DNA of 64,000 nt, from positions 4,712,001 through 4,776,000 of the forward strand of contig CM026547.1 of the NCBI GenBank assembly GCA_014905635.1, given 5' to 3'. A program made the translations under genes and the position numbers. Origin of the DNA: Scenedesmus sp. PABB004 (Eukaryota). Shown here in pieces: positions 48,663 through 60,728 of the stretch (position 1 is its first letter; every line of letters starts with the position of its first letter). The notes under the pieces are model-generated. The model did no database searches and had not been told where the DNA came from. It saw only the letters and a list, made by a program, of their open reading frames with translations.

Positions 48663-50565
48663 TCACCCCGCTGTCAGCTCCTTGAGCCGCAGCAGCAGCG
48701 CGCGCGCAGCGCGCTCCAGCATCAGCTTCTGCGCCAGCCGAAACTCCAGCGCGACGCGCGCGCGCTCGGCCGCGACGCCCGCGTCAGCGCCGCCGCCGCC
48801 CGCCGCCGGCGGCCCCGCGGCGCCCAGCGCCGCGAGCGCGGCGCGGTCCTGCTGGATCGAACTGGGGTAGCTCTTGTACGCGACCGTGGCCAGGCCGACG
48901 AGGGCCTTGATGACCAGGGCCTCGTGCGCGGCCGACAGCGGGCGGTGCCAGTCGCCCAGCCGCGCGAGGCTCTGGCCCTTGACCGCGCCCCGCTCGCTCG
49001 CCAGCAGCACGCGCACCGCCGCCAGCAGCTCCGGCGACACGGGCGGCTCGCCGCCGATGCGAAACGGGGAGGGCGCGGCGGGCTCGCTGCTGCTGCTGGC
49101 ACCGCCGCCGAGCAGGCCCAGCTCTGCCAGCGCGGTCCGCTGCCAGGTCTTCAGCCCGTCAATCGCCCGCCCCGACGGCGGCGCCGAGCCGCCCACAAAC
49201 TGCGTGATGGCTTGCTGCGGGAGCAAGCGCGCGCGGGTGGGGGCGGGCCGCCGTGAGCTGCGCCGTGAGCTGCGCCGCGCCGTGCGCACGCGCGCGCGCG
49301 CGCTGCCCCCCCCCCTCCCCGCCTCGCGCACCAGCAGCAGGTCGAGGTCGTGCGGCAGCGCGTGCGCGTCGGCGTCGTTGGCCGGCAGCACAAAGCCGTA
49401 GCTGAGCAGAAGGTCTGCGTTCCCGTGCCTCCCGTAGCGCAGCAGGATCGGCGCCCCCGCGCGCACCGCGGCGTTGGCCATCATGCGCACGCGCCGCGCG
49501 TCGGCGTCGGCCCGGATCTCGGCGTTGCTGGTGCCGCTGTGGTTGGCCTGGTCGACGAGCGGCACGAGCGCGTGGCCGCCGAGGCCGCCGAGGCGCGGGA
49601 AGCCAAACGCCCGCGACATTGCGACCGAAAGCGCCCAGCCGAGGCGCTCCTCGCCCACCGCCTGCCCGCCAAACGCGTCGCGCGCGGGCCCGCCCGCCGC
49701 CGGCGCGGCGGCGAGCACGTCGGCCGCGTACGCGCGCCACCAGTGCGCCTGCCCCCCCGCGTCCGCGGCGAGCTGCGGGTGCTGCAGCTCCGCCAGCGCG
49801 TCGGGCGGCCACAGCATGGCCACCTGCGGCGCCGCCGTGCCGGGGGCCACGCCGGGCAGCGTCGCGACGTAGGGCGCGAGCGGGCTGGCGCCGCCCCGGG
49901 ACGCGTGGTAGAGCAGCTCCAGTGCCAGCTTGAACTGCCACGCCCCGCGCCCGCTGCCCGACGCCGCCGGCACGGCCGCCTGCAGCTCGCGCAGCGCGGC
50001 GCGGCCCGGCGCGTCGTCGTCGGCATCCGCGGCGGCGCCGCCCGCGCTGGCGCCGCTGTCCGGCGGCTCGAGGACGTGACAGCAGCAGTGCAGCGGGATG
50101 TCCATCAGCACCTCGCCGGGCGACAGGTCCTGCGTCAGGCGGGCGGGCGCGGCGCTGGTCGGTGGGCCGCGCGGCTGGAAGCTGGCCAGCGGGGCTCGCA
50201 GCTGCACACCCGAGTCGCGCGCAGCTCGCGCGTCACGCGGTCGCCGCCGGCGTCTTCGTAAACCAGCTCCACGCCGTCTACCGCCGCTCCCTCCGCCCGC
50301 AGCCAGGTCAGCAGCGCACGCGTCGACTCCACGCCCGCCGCCACCGCTGCCGACGCCGCCGCCGCTGGTGCCGTGACGCGCCTCCGCTGCGCGCGCGACG
50401 CCGGCGCTGCTCGTGCCGTGACGCGCCTCCGCAGCGCGCGCGACTGCCGTGCTGCAGAGACGCTGCCGCCGCCCGGGGCCGCGGGGCGCGCGGCGGCGGC
50501 GGTGCACTGCTGCTAGCAGCGGCCGCCGCGCCGCAGCCACGCCCCCGGGCGAGAGCCTGCGCCAT
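48663..50565 (-). CDS. Rubisco LSMT-like SET-domain lysine methyltransferase, organelle-targeted
   Basis: [80 protein letters not shown]; 5' end needs a short intron. Confidence 0.88.
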
Positions 50566-50840
50566 GGCGCGTGCGCGCTCGCTGTCCTGTCGGACGAGCA
50601 GCGACAGCACTGGCGGAGGTCTGTGCGGCGGCCGAGCGGGCGCGGCAGCGGCGGCCGCTCGCGGCGGCGGCTGCGCAGCTGCGGCGGTGGCTGTAACTGC
50701 GCCTGCCCCCTCCTGCTGCGTGCGTGCGAACTGCTGGCGACTCGCCGCGCCGCGGGGCTTGTCGTCGTGTCCGTTGCACCGCCGCCGCCCGTGCCCCCGC
50801 CCCGCGCCACGCCCCCGTGCCCCCCTGGAGCTCCAGCCGC

Positions 50841-52701
50841 CTAGGCCCCGAGCTCGACCTCCGCCTGGTGGAGGCGCGCGTAGGGGTTGTCGGCGCCGGG
50901 CGCGAAGCGCACGCCGACCCAGACGTAGAGCGCGAGGTACGCGAGCTCGTACGCCGCGTCGGCGAGCCACGCGTACAGCCCGCCCGCGAGGTTGGCGCGC
51001 AGCAGGAAGACCACGATGCGCGTGAAGTAGACGAAGACCACGACCGCGACGTAGAAGGAGCGGAAGAGCGTGAGGCGCTCGAGCGCGCGCGCGGCCTTGC
51101 CGTCGGTCTCGGCCGCCTCGCGCAGGCGCTTGATCGACCACACGATCGGGAACAGGATCGCGCAGCAGCAGAGGATGTCGACGAGGTGCAGCACGTTGAC
51201 CCACGCCGCCCAGTCGCGGATGCTCGGCGACTGCTCGCCCGTGACGATGATCGCGACCTCGGCAAACACCTGCAGCGGCAGCACCACGAGCAGCACGCGG
51301 CGCGTCGCGTCGTCGACGTAGGGCCGGATGAAGCTCCACCCCGTGCCGATGAGCACGATGACGCTGAAGAAGAGGAGGCCGCGGAAGAACGTGGCGACGT
51401 AGTACACCCACTGCCACCCGTGCGGGCTGGTGGCAGGAAGAAGGGGGGGGGGGGAGCGGGCGTGAGAGTGTGCGCGCGCGGGCGGCGGCGCGGCGGGTGC
51501 GCGTGCGCGCAGGCCGCGGCGCGCGGCCGGGCGGCACGCGGCGGCGCGCGGCCGGGCGGCACGCGCCCCCGCCCGCGCCCGCGCCCGGCGGCGCCCTCGC
51601 CGCGGTGATCGCGGCGTCACCTGCCGTACTTCTCCACGACCGCCCACATGATGGCCTGCGCGAGCAGCGTCACGCTCTTGGTGGCCACCAGCACGAGCAT
51701 GAGCCAGTGGATCTTCTGCACGCCGCCGTGCCGCCGCGCGCGCAGCAGCGTGGCCGCCCAGGCGAGCGTGATCGCGCTGAACAGGCCAAACATCACCTGC
51801 GGCGCCGGGCGCGGCGGACGCCGACGCGGGCCCCGCGTCGGCGCGCGCACACCTGGCCGGCACCGCGCCCGCCGCCACGCGCCGCCGCTGGCCGCCGCAC
51901 CGCCCCTCCCTCCCTCCCGCCCTCCCCAGGGTGAACGCTGCTGCTGCTGCAGCTGCTGCTGCCGCCCCGCCGCCCCTGCCCCGCCGCACCCAGTACATGA
52001 CGTCCAGCTCGCCCTCCCCGATGCTCAGGTAGTCGCGGCGGTCGTTGGGCCCGACCAGGTTGTAGCTGCTCACGGCCGCGGCAAAGCTCACGGGCGTGCG
52101 GGGCTCGCAGTTGGCGAAGAACACGCTGAACAGGCCGCCGTCCTTGACCTCAACGTGGAACGTCACGTTCGGCGCCGTCCCGCTGATGACCGCCTCGACC
52201 TGCGCAGCGGCGGGGGCGGCGCAGCGGCGGCGGCGGCGGGGGCGTCGGCCGCGCTGCTGCCGGCGCGTCCGCGTCAGCTGCCACCGCCAGCGCGCCAGCT
52301 GCTGCCGCCGCCGCGTCCGCCGCCGCGCGCGCCCGCCGCCGCCGCGCCTTTTTGTCGGCGAAGCGGAAGAGCTGCAGCTCGCGGTTGTCGAGCAGGCAGG
52401 CCGCCGAGAGCGCGTCGGACGCGAAGGCCGCGTCGGCGGCCATGTTGGCGAGGAAGAAGCCAAAGTTGCCGAGCTGCGGCGGCGCGTCGCGCTCGTCGTG
52501 GCGGCGCCAGATGCTGATGTCGCGCAGCACGATGTCGATGTGCCCCCGCGCGCCAAAGCCAAACGGCTGCGTCAGCTCGATGAGCCCGCGGTCGTCGTAG
52601 TAGACGTGCGCGTACTCGACGCGGCCGAGCGCGGCGGGCAGGCAGCAGCAGAGCAGCGCCGACACCGCCGCCGCCGCCGCGGACGCGCGGCGGGGCCCCA
52701 T
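50841..52701 (-). CDS. GPR107: Lung seven-transmembrane receptor (GPR107/108; plant CAND6/7) family
   Basis: Signal peptide, QPFGFGARGHIDI, FSVFFANCE, DYLSIGE, KIHWLM, VLIGTGWSFIRP, DILCCCAILFPIVWSI, FVYFTRIVV, DNPY. Confidence 0.93.
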
Positions 52702-53104
52702 GCCTGCTCCCAGGGCGTGCCGCCGGCGGTGCGCACGCGTGAGGGCGGGCGCTGCCGGGCGCTCGCGGGCGGCTGCGGCCGGCGCGCGAGGGAGATGGCG
52801 GCGGAGCAGCGAGCGCGTCGCGCGGGTTGCGGCTGGCGGGCGCTGCTCCGGCGGGGCTCGGGGTGGCGGGAACGTCGGCCGGCGTATGCGCGGGGCACGC
52901 GGGAAGGCGGCGGCGAGCGGCCGGGGTCTCGGTACACCCGCCGGCGGTTGCGGTTGAGCTGCGGCACTCGCCCGCGCTGGCAAAAAGACTGGAATGCCTC
53001 AAAAACAGCTGGTGTACAAAATGTGTGAGCTCACAGCTGCTGCGAGTGAATTGTGCACACGCGCACGCAATCAAGTACAGCGCGGCCGCCGCGCGCGCGC
53101 TGCC

Positions 53105-55716
53105 TCACGGCAGCCCCGCGAGCGCGTCGTCGCCGGCCCGCCCCGCGGCGGTGGCGAGCGCCTCGGCGGTCGCGAGGCACGCGCCGAGGTCGAGCCGGCC
53201 CGGCAGGCCGACCGCCCAGCGGAGCAGCTCGTCGAAGCAGAGCTCGCCGTCCGCCAGCAGCGCGCGCCGGTGCAGAACAAGCACGCCGGCGGCGACGTAC
53301 AGGTGCAGGTGGCGCGTGAGCGGGCACGCCCAGCACGCCTCCCACAGGCGCGGCACCTCGTCCGGGCCGAGCTCCCGCTTGAAGAGCACCAGCAGCCAGC
53401 GGAAGGCAAACAGGTAGTCGCCGCCGCCGCCGCCGCACGACGCCAGGTGGGCGTGGAGCTGCGGGTCGAGCACCTACGATGGCGCAGCGGGCGCCCAGTT
53501 GCGCGCCGGTGTGGGCGCGGGGCCGCGGGGGCCGCTGCGCGCGCGCGGCGGCGCGCCCCGCGCGCGGGGGGCGCGCGCGGCGACCTGCATGAGCCGCGCC
53601 AGCGCGGCGAGCTGCGCGAGCATGGCCGCCTGGTCGGCGGCAAAGTTGCCGCCCAGGCGGGCCATGAGGGTGGCAAAGCACGCGAAGGTGTCCACCTGCG
53701 GCGGCCCACGGCGGCGGCGGCGCCCGCCCCGGGGGTGGGCGGCGCCGACACGGCGCGGCGTGGTGCCGGCGCGGCGTGGTGCCGGCGCGGCACGGCGGCA
53801 GCGCAGCGCGGCGGGGGCCGCGCGCGTGCCTCGTCGCCGCCCATCACGCGCAGCAGCGTGGCCGCGAGGTCGCTCATTCCCTGCACGTACTCCACGCCAC
53901 CCGCGCCGGGCAGCGTCCAGCAGCGCAGCACGTCACGCAGCGCGGTCAGCCGCGCGTCGCCGAGCGGGCCGCGAAAGAAGGGCAGCATCCTGCGAGCGAG
54001 CGGAGGAGGGCGGAGGGCGCTCGTCTGGACGCGCGGCATGCGGCGAGCAGCGCGGCGGGCGCGGCACGGCACTGCCGCGCGGTCCTCCTCCTCCCGGCCG
54101 CGCACGCGCGCGCCTGTCGGTGCGGCGCACGTCCTTGTCGATGCGGGCGCGCCGCTCGCGCGGTATGGCCGCCGACTGCGCCGTCAGCGCCGCGTACGCC
54201 GACGAGCGGCTGCTCCGCGCGGCGTCGCGCTCCGCGGCGGTGCTGCCGGGCGCGTGCACGCCCAGCAGCCACAGCCACGCCTCGCGCCGGGTGTCGGGCG
54301 CGACGCCGCCCGAAAACACGCGGCGCCGGAACGCCGCTTCGTCGCGCAGCACGCCTCGGGCGTCTAGCAGCGCGGCCAGCTCCTCGGCGCCCAGCGGCGG
54401 CGCGGCGGGCCGGCCGGGCGGCGTCGCGAGGTCGGCGGGCGGCGCGTCAAGCAGCTCGAACGGCCCGAGCTCGCTCTCGACGGCCCCCGGGTCGGCCATC
54501 ACGCCCGCAGCGTCGCCGGGACTGCTGCTGCTGCCGGGCGCGCGCGCCGCGGCCGCTGCGCCCGCTGCCTCGGCGCCCGCTGCCTCGGCGGCGGCCGCGG
54601 CCCGGGCGGCGGCCGCCACCGCCGCGCCCTCAGCGGCCGCCTCCGCCTCCCACGCGGGCGGCAGCGTGACGTCGTGCTCCCAATAGCGCAGCGTCTCCGC
54701 GGCCAGGCTCTGCTGCACCGTCGCGACGAGGCTGCTCGCGCCGTCGACCGCGGCCAGGCCTGCCGCGCGCAGCCGGCCGCCCAGCGCGCCGCCGAGGCTG
54801 CCCCACGAGCCGCCGCCGCGCGGCAGGCGCTCGCCCCCGGGCGGGCCAGCCGCCGCGGCGGCCTCCACGACGCTCCAGGCGCCGCCGGCGAGCGGGCCGT
54901 GCGTGGGCGCCGCCACGCAGCTCACGCCCCCCGGCGGCGGCCCGCCCAGCCGCACGTCCGCCGGCTCAAGATCCAGGAGCTGCCGCGCGAGAGGGTCTGC
55001 GAGTGCAGCGGGGCGACGGGTGCGTGAGTGGCGGCCTGCGCGCGGCGCGCGCGCGCCAGCGCTCGCCGCGCCCCACCTGGCGCGTCGTCCACCAGCAGCG
55101 TGTGCGGCGCGCCCGCGGCGCGCACGAGGCGCGCGTGCGCCTGCAGCGTGTCCAGCAGCTGGCGCAGGCCGCCGGCGTGAAAGTGCAGCGGCGGCAGCGT
55201 GAGGCCGTGGGCGAGCACGATCGCCAGGTGCGGCACGCCGCCCAGGCGCGGCGCGTGTGTGACGAGGGCTCGCACGTCCGACAGCGGCACCGGATGGACC
55301 GCGTACTGCGCGCGCGCCGCGTCCGGGTCGGCCGCGCCGGCGTCGCCGTCCGCGGCGCCGCCGCCCACCGGTGGCGGCTGCTGCTGCGAGTACGGGAGCC
55401 ACGCCAGGAACAGCACGGCATGCTGCCGCACGAGGCTCAGGCGACCCAGGATCGCCGCGCGCGGCGCGGGGTGCACGCCCACGCCCTCGCACACGAGCAG
55501 CACCTCGCTGCCGCCGGGCTCGCCGACCAGCTCCAGCTCGCCGTCGCTCGGGGCGGCGTCGTCGCTGTCGGCCGCGCCCCAGCCGTCCTCGTCGTCGGCG
55601 CCGCTGCCATCGCCGGGCAGCGGCGCACTCCGCGGCATCCTCGCATGCTCGCCCTGCTGCGCTTCTGTAGGAAATGGCGTGAATTCCTCGTCCAGTGCGG
55701 CCCCGCCGGGCGCCAT
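53105..55716 (-). CDS. TBC1D15: TBC-domain Rab GAP (TBC1D15/Gyp7-like) with N-terminal PH-like domain
   Basis: LPPLHFHAGG, RREAWLWLLG, IDKDVRRTDR (Arg finger), YVQGMSDL (Gln finger), FAFRWLLVLFKRE, LWEACW. Confidence 0.92.
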
Positions 55717-56066
55717 GGCGGCGTGCGCGCCTACGCCGCGGCGCGGGGCGCCATGCCGACGTGCGCTGTCCGCCGCCGCTCGCGCTCGTGCTCGCTCGCG
55801 CCCAGCGCAGAGTCAGTCGTGCGGCCGCCAAGTAGGGAGGGCGAGAGGGGACACGGGGCGACGACAGGGCAGCCCAGACCCTGCACCGCCGCGTCGCGCC
55901 GTTTGCTGCTGCACCGCCGCCGCTCCGCCGCTGCCCGCCACTCGCAGGGCTCGCACTGGCGCGTGAGCGTCGACGCGGCCTACTCAGCCGCCGGCTCGCT
56001 GCGCGTGTGGGGCGCTCGCCGCCCGCCGCTCCCCGCTGCCGCTGCCCGCTGCCCGCGCCGCCCGCG

Positions 56067-57313
56067 ATGGAGGCGCTGACGGTCAGCGGGCCCACCCTGG
56101 CCGCGCTGCTGGCGTCCTGCATCGCCAACGGTCGTCCCTGCGACGGCCTGCTGATCGGTGCGCGCCGGCGGCGCCGGCGACGCGGCGGCGGTGGGCGGCG
56201 GCGGCGGGCGGCGGCGGGCGCTGTGGCGCAGCCGCCGATCGCCGCGCCGCCGCGACCGCGGCCGCCGCAGGCGAGGTGGACACGACCGTGACCATGCAGG
56301 CGCACGACACCGCGGACGCGCTGGTCGTGGAGGAGAGCGTGGCCCGGCTCGCGGGCTGCTGCGCGTGCGCGGGCACGCACTCGTTCTACACCAACAGTGG
56401 CGCGGTCGTCGGTGCGCAGCGCGGCGCGGCGCACGCGCACACGCACATGCACGCGCACGCGCGCTCAGAGCTGCCCAGTGCGCCGCGGCGGCGCCCACCC
56501 GCCCGCACGCGCGCAGGCGACCGGCTGGCGGCGCTGGTCGAAGCTGCCGGCGGCGGCGGCGACGGCGCGCAGCAGCAGCGGCTGCTGGGCTGGTTCAGCT
56601 TCCGCCCGGGCACGCCCTGCACGCCGTCGATGCGCGAGGCGGCGGTCACGCGCAGCCTGCAGGACTGGGCGGACGCCGCCGCGCGCCGCGAGCCGCGCCC
56701 GGCCTGGCTCGCGCCGGGCGGGCAGCCGCTGGTGTTTGGGCTCGTCAGCAGCGGCGCCGACCACAACGCCGCCACCATCTCGCTGCCGCACAAGTTCTTC
56801 CGCCTGCGGCGCGAGGGCGAGGCGCCCGGCGGCGGCGGGAGCAGGCCAGCGGCCAGCGGCGGCGGCGGCCGCGCGCCGGCGCGCGGCCCAGAGCACCCGA
56901 CGCTGGCCGCGCTCGCGCTGACGGTGCACAACCTGGGGCAGACCGCGATGACCAAGGCGGCTGCGGGCGGCGGCGCCGCGAGCTCCTGGGGCAGCGCCGC
57001 GCTGCCGGCGCTGGGGTGCGCGCTGGCGCCCCCTGGCGGCGGCGGCCTGGGCGCCGAGCTGCAGGCGCAGCTGGCGTCCGCGTCGGCGGCGGCCGCGGGC
57101 GAGGGCGTGGGCGCCGTGGAGGCGCTGTATCGGGGCCTGCTGGACGAGCTGGCGGCCGCGGCGGCGAGCGTGGCAGCCAAGCAGGCAGCGCTGGACGCGC
57201 TGCGCGAGCGCAACGCCGACCTGGAGGCCGGGGCGGTCGAGCGCGCTGCGCGCGCGTGCGTTGCTGGCGCCGCCGCCGCCAACAACGCCGTCGGCGGCGT
57301 CGACCTGCTGTAA
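56067..57313 (+). CDS. Abraxas/Abro1 (FAM175) MPN- pseudo-DUB subunit
   Basis: VSGPTLAALL, CDGLLIG, HSFY, LLGWFSFRPGTPCTPSMRE, VHNLG, C-terminal coiled coil. Confidence 0.85.
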
Positions 57314-57333
57314 CCACAGGGGCCCTCGTTACA
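57309..57333. promoter_or_regulatory. Opposed TGTAA signals (+ strand 57309-57313 overlapping the Abraxas stop; - strand 57329-57333)
   Basis: ctgTAA and TTACA are visible. Confidence 0.6.
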
Positions 57334-57560
57334 AGCGCGCGCGCATGCGCGCTGCGCGCGCCTCTCGCACGCACGCGCGCTGCTGCACGCACGAGACTGC
57401 TCAGCGGCGGCAGCGCCCGCAGCGCGCGGCGGGCACAGGCCCGCGGCGGCGCGCAGGTACAGATGCACTGCCCGGCGGGCCCAGCGGCGCCCGCACGGGG
57501 GGCGACAATGTACAACGGCCGCGGCAGCGCTGCTGCCGCGGCGGCGGCGGGCGCGGCGCC

Positions 57561-58716
57561 TCATGCGCCCGGGCCGCCGCCGGCGGCGCCGCCGCCGGCC
57601 GCGTGGATGTTCAAATAGACGGTGAGCCCGACCGCCAGCACCGCCCACGCGACGCGCACGTACCAGGCGTCGGGGCCGAGGCGCGGCAGCGGCGCGTCCC
57701 AGTCCACGCTGTCCCAGTACGACTTCTTGGCCGGCGCCTTGGCCCCCGCGCCGGGGGCGGCGCGCGGCGTGTAGGACTTGCGACCCCTGGGCCGCGCCGC
57801 GGCGCGGGCGCGCGGGCGCGGGCGCGCACGTGAGCGCGCGCGCTCGGGCGCGGGGCTGCGCGAGGGCCGGCCGCCCCGGGCCGCCCGCCGCGGCTGCGCG
57901 CCGCAGCTGCGCGCCGCGCTGCGCGGCGCAGCGCCCCGCGCGCCGCGCACCCCTTTTTGACCCACGACTCGTCGCTGTTGAGCAGCGGGATGGTGACGCG
58001 CTCGTCCGGCCCGAGCGGGAGCTTTGGCGCCTCCATAATGTAGCGCAGGTCGGCCGCCTGCTTGCGCACCTTGGGCACGGGGTGGTTGTCCTCGAGCCAC
58101 TTGTACGTGGCGATGCAGTCCGACTCGCGCCCGCACGCCTGGACCGCGGCGGCGGCGCGCGGCGGGCGCTCGGCGCTGCGCGCTGGGCGCCGCGCGCGCC
58201 GGGAGCGGGGCACGCCGCGCTGCCCGCCGCCGCCTCTGCGGGGTGCGCGCCGCGTGCGCCCCGGGCGCGCTTGCCTGGTACGCGAGCGCGAGCCACATCA
58301 TCGCCTCCCCGCCCAGCACGCTGGCCTTGCCGCTCATCTCCACCGCCTGCTCCAGGAACTCCAGGCTCTCGCCGTACTGCCCCCGCTCATACGCCTGCGC
58401 GGCGCACGCACGCACGCACGCCGGCGCGGGCACGCGGGTGCGGCGCTGGGCCCAGCTGCACGCTGCGCGCTGCGGGCTGGGCCCCAGCGCGCTTGGCCCC
58501 CGCGCGCCGCCGCGCGCTGCCGCCGCGGCGCCCCGCCCCTGCCCGGCAGCAGGCGTGGCCCTCGCCGGCGCACCTTCTTGCCCGCCTCGAGGTACGCCGC
58601 CTCGCGCTGCTTGCGCTCCGCCTCCTCCGCCGCCAGCTCCGCCGCGCGCTGCGGCGGGCGGCGCGCCGCGGCGCTCCCTCAGCGCGCGCCCGCAGTCGCC
58701 GCGCCCCAGCTGCTGG

Positions 58717-58772
<56 letters not shown>

Positions 58773-59218
58773 TTGCTGCTGGCGCTGCTGCTGCTGCTGC
58801 TGCAGCCGCCGCCGCCGCCTGGCGCCGCCGCACCTGCACCAGCTTCTGCTTGATCTTCTCCACGTACTCCAGCTGCGTCTCGCTCAGCTCCTCCCGGCTC
58901 GTCGCGCCGAGCTCCACGCTCACAAGGAAGTCCTCGTCCAGGCCCTGCTCGAGGCCTGCGCGCGCGGCACGCGCGTGAGCGGTGCGGTGCGCGGCCGCGA
59001 CCGCGGCCTCCCACCACCGCGCCCGCACCGAGCTTGAAGCGCGCCGCCGCCTTGTCCAAGTACGACTGGCTGGCGAACTTGGCGAGGTCCACCGCGCCGC
59101 AGGCCACGCGCCGCGGCCGCGGCGGCGGCGCGCCGCGGAGCGAGGCCGCGCCCGCGTGCGGCGGCGGGCGCGGCCGCGCCGGCGCTGCTGCAGCCGGTCG
59201 CTGCAGCAGCGCGCGCAT
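57561..59218 (-). CDS. Plastid TPR-like protein with C-terminal TM helix
   Basis: AYERGQYGESLEFLE, GGEAMMWLALAYQ|ACG, HPVPKVRKQAADLRYIMEAPKL, AWAVLAVGLTVYL. Confidence 0.78.
58710..58805. repeat. (CTG/CAG)n trinucleotide tract in a TPR gene intron
   Basis: Interrupted (CTG)n run. Confidence 0.9.
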
Positions 59219-59644
59219 GGCGGCGTGCGCCGCGCGGACGGAGGCTCGGGGCCGTGCGAGCGGGAGGGGGGCGCCGGCGGAGGCGCACGGGCAGCCGACG
59301 CGACGCTGCGCGGAGGCGCGCGAGCAGCGGACGCGGCGCGCCGCGGCGCCGTGCGGCAAAGCGGGCCGGGCCTGCTGCGGGGCCTGCGTCGCGGCGATCG
59401 CTGGCTGTGGCGGGCGAGCCGCGGATGAACCGAGTGCGGCGCCGCGCCAACCGCCGCTCTTCTCGCTCGCGCCGCGCCGAACCCCGCGCCGGCCGCTGAC
59501 AACCTCCTGCGCCGTTTGCCCCGCGCCCTCACACCCGCGGCGTCGCCGATCGGGCACAGAGACAGCCCGGCGCAGAGGGGGCCCCACGCGAGCGCCGTCG
59601 CTGCTGCTGCTGCTCCGCGCGCCGCGGCGGTGCGCCGGGCCGCG

Positions 59645-60461
59645 ATGGGCCTGATCCAGGGCCTGGTCAAGCGGGTGCGCGACTGGGGCGCCCGGTGCCG
59701 GCGGGGGAAGAGGGAGACGGCCGCTGCGCGCGGGCGCGGCGCGAGCGAGCAGCGCCGCTGCTCGCGCCGCCGCCGCAGGTGGAGGAGTTTGAGCTCCCCC
59801 GCGCGGGCAGCGTGTGCGCGCTGGTGCTGCTGTCGTACTTCCTGGTCACCGCGGGCATCGCGTACGACATCATCAACGAGCCGCCCGCCGTCGGCGGTGT
59901 GCACGACGAGGCCACCGGTGCGCCGGCAGGCGGCCGCCGCTGCCCCCCTCCGCGCCGCCTGCTGCGCCCTACCGCTGCCCGCTGCGCGGACGGCGCTGAA
60001 CCCTGTCGCGGTGGCGCACCGCCCCGCGCAGGCAAGGTCAAGCCTGTGACGTTCATGCCGTTCCGCATGAACGGGCAGTACATCATTGAGGGCATCTCCG
60101 GGGCGATGATGTACACCATCGGCGGTGAGCCGGCGGAGCCAGGAGGGCGGGAGGAGCCGGGACGTGGGGGCGGGAGGGGAGGGGGGGGCGCCACCACCAC
60201 ACCCTCCGCGGCGCACGGCGGCGCACGCAGCGCGGGTGGCGCGGGTGGCGCGCGGCGGCGCGCGGCCCCCGAGCGGACCGGCGCCGCCGCGGGTGCGCCG
60301 CCGCAGGGCTGTCGCTGATCGCGCTGGACCAGAGCCAGAACAAGCGCACCGACCCCAAGCTGCGCATGATCCTGCTGGGGCTGGGCGGGTTTGGCGTGGT
60401 GATGGCGTACGGCGCGGTGATGACCTTCCTGACCATCAAGATGCCCGGCTACCTGCGCTGA
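59645..60461 (+). CDS. OSTC: Oligosaccharyltransferase subunit OSTC/DC2
   Basis: SYFLVTAGIAYDIINEPPAVG, RMNGQYIIEG, IKMPGYLR-stop. Confidence 0.93.
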
Positions 60462-60728
60462 CCCCCCGCCTACCTGCGCTCGACCCCCGACGGCGCGCGG
60501 CAGCTGCAGCGCGCGCAGCAGCTGCGCCGGGCGGGCGCTGCTGACTGGCGGGGCGGACCAGAGCGCTGGTCGCTTGAGCGCGGGTAACAGCGGGTAACAG
60601 CGTCACACGCGCGGGCCGCGTCCGCCGCCGCGCGCAGGCGCGCAACCAAGGCGCGCAGGCGCGCGCCAGTTGTTGAAGCGATCGTCCGCAGCTGCAGCAC
60701 ACCCCCAGCTTCGCACCGCCCCTCCCAA

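Noticed and set aside
50455..50515. Frameshift in the SET gene N-terminus
   Set aside because: A 56-nt GT-AG intron (GTGCAC...CTGCAG) restores the frame, so no error needs to be invoked; unconfirmed
60470..60728. Long C-terminal extension of MDP1 reaching the OSTC stop
   Set aside because: It does not look coding and disappears with one extra G at about 60755
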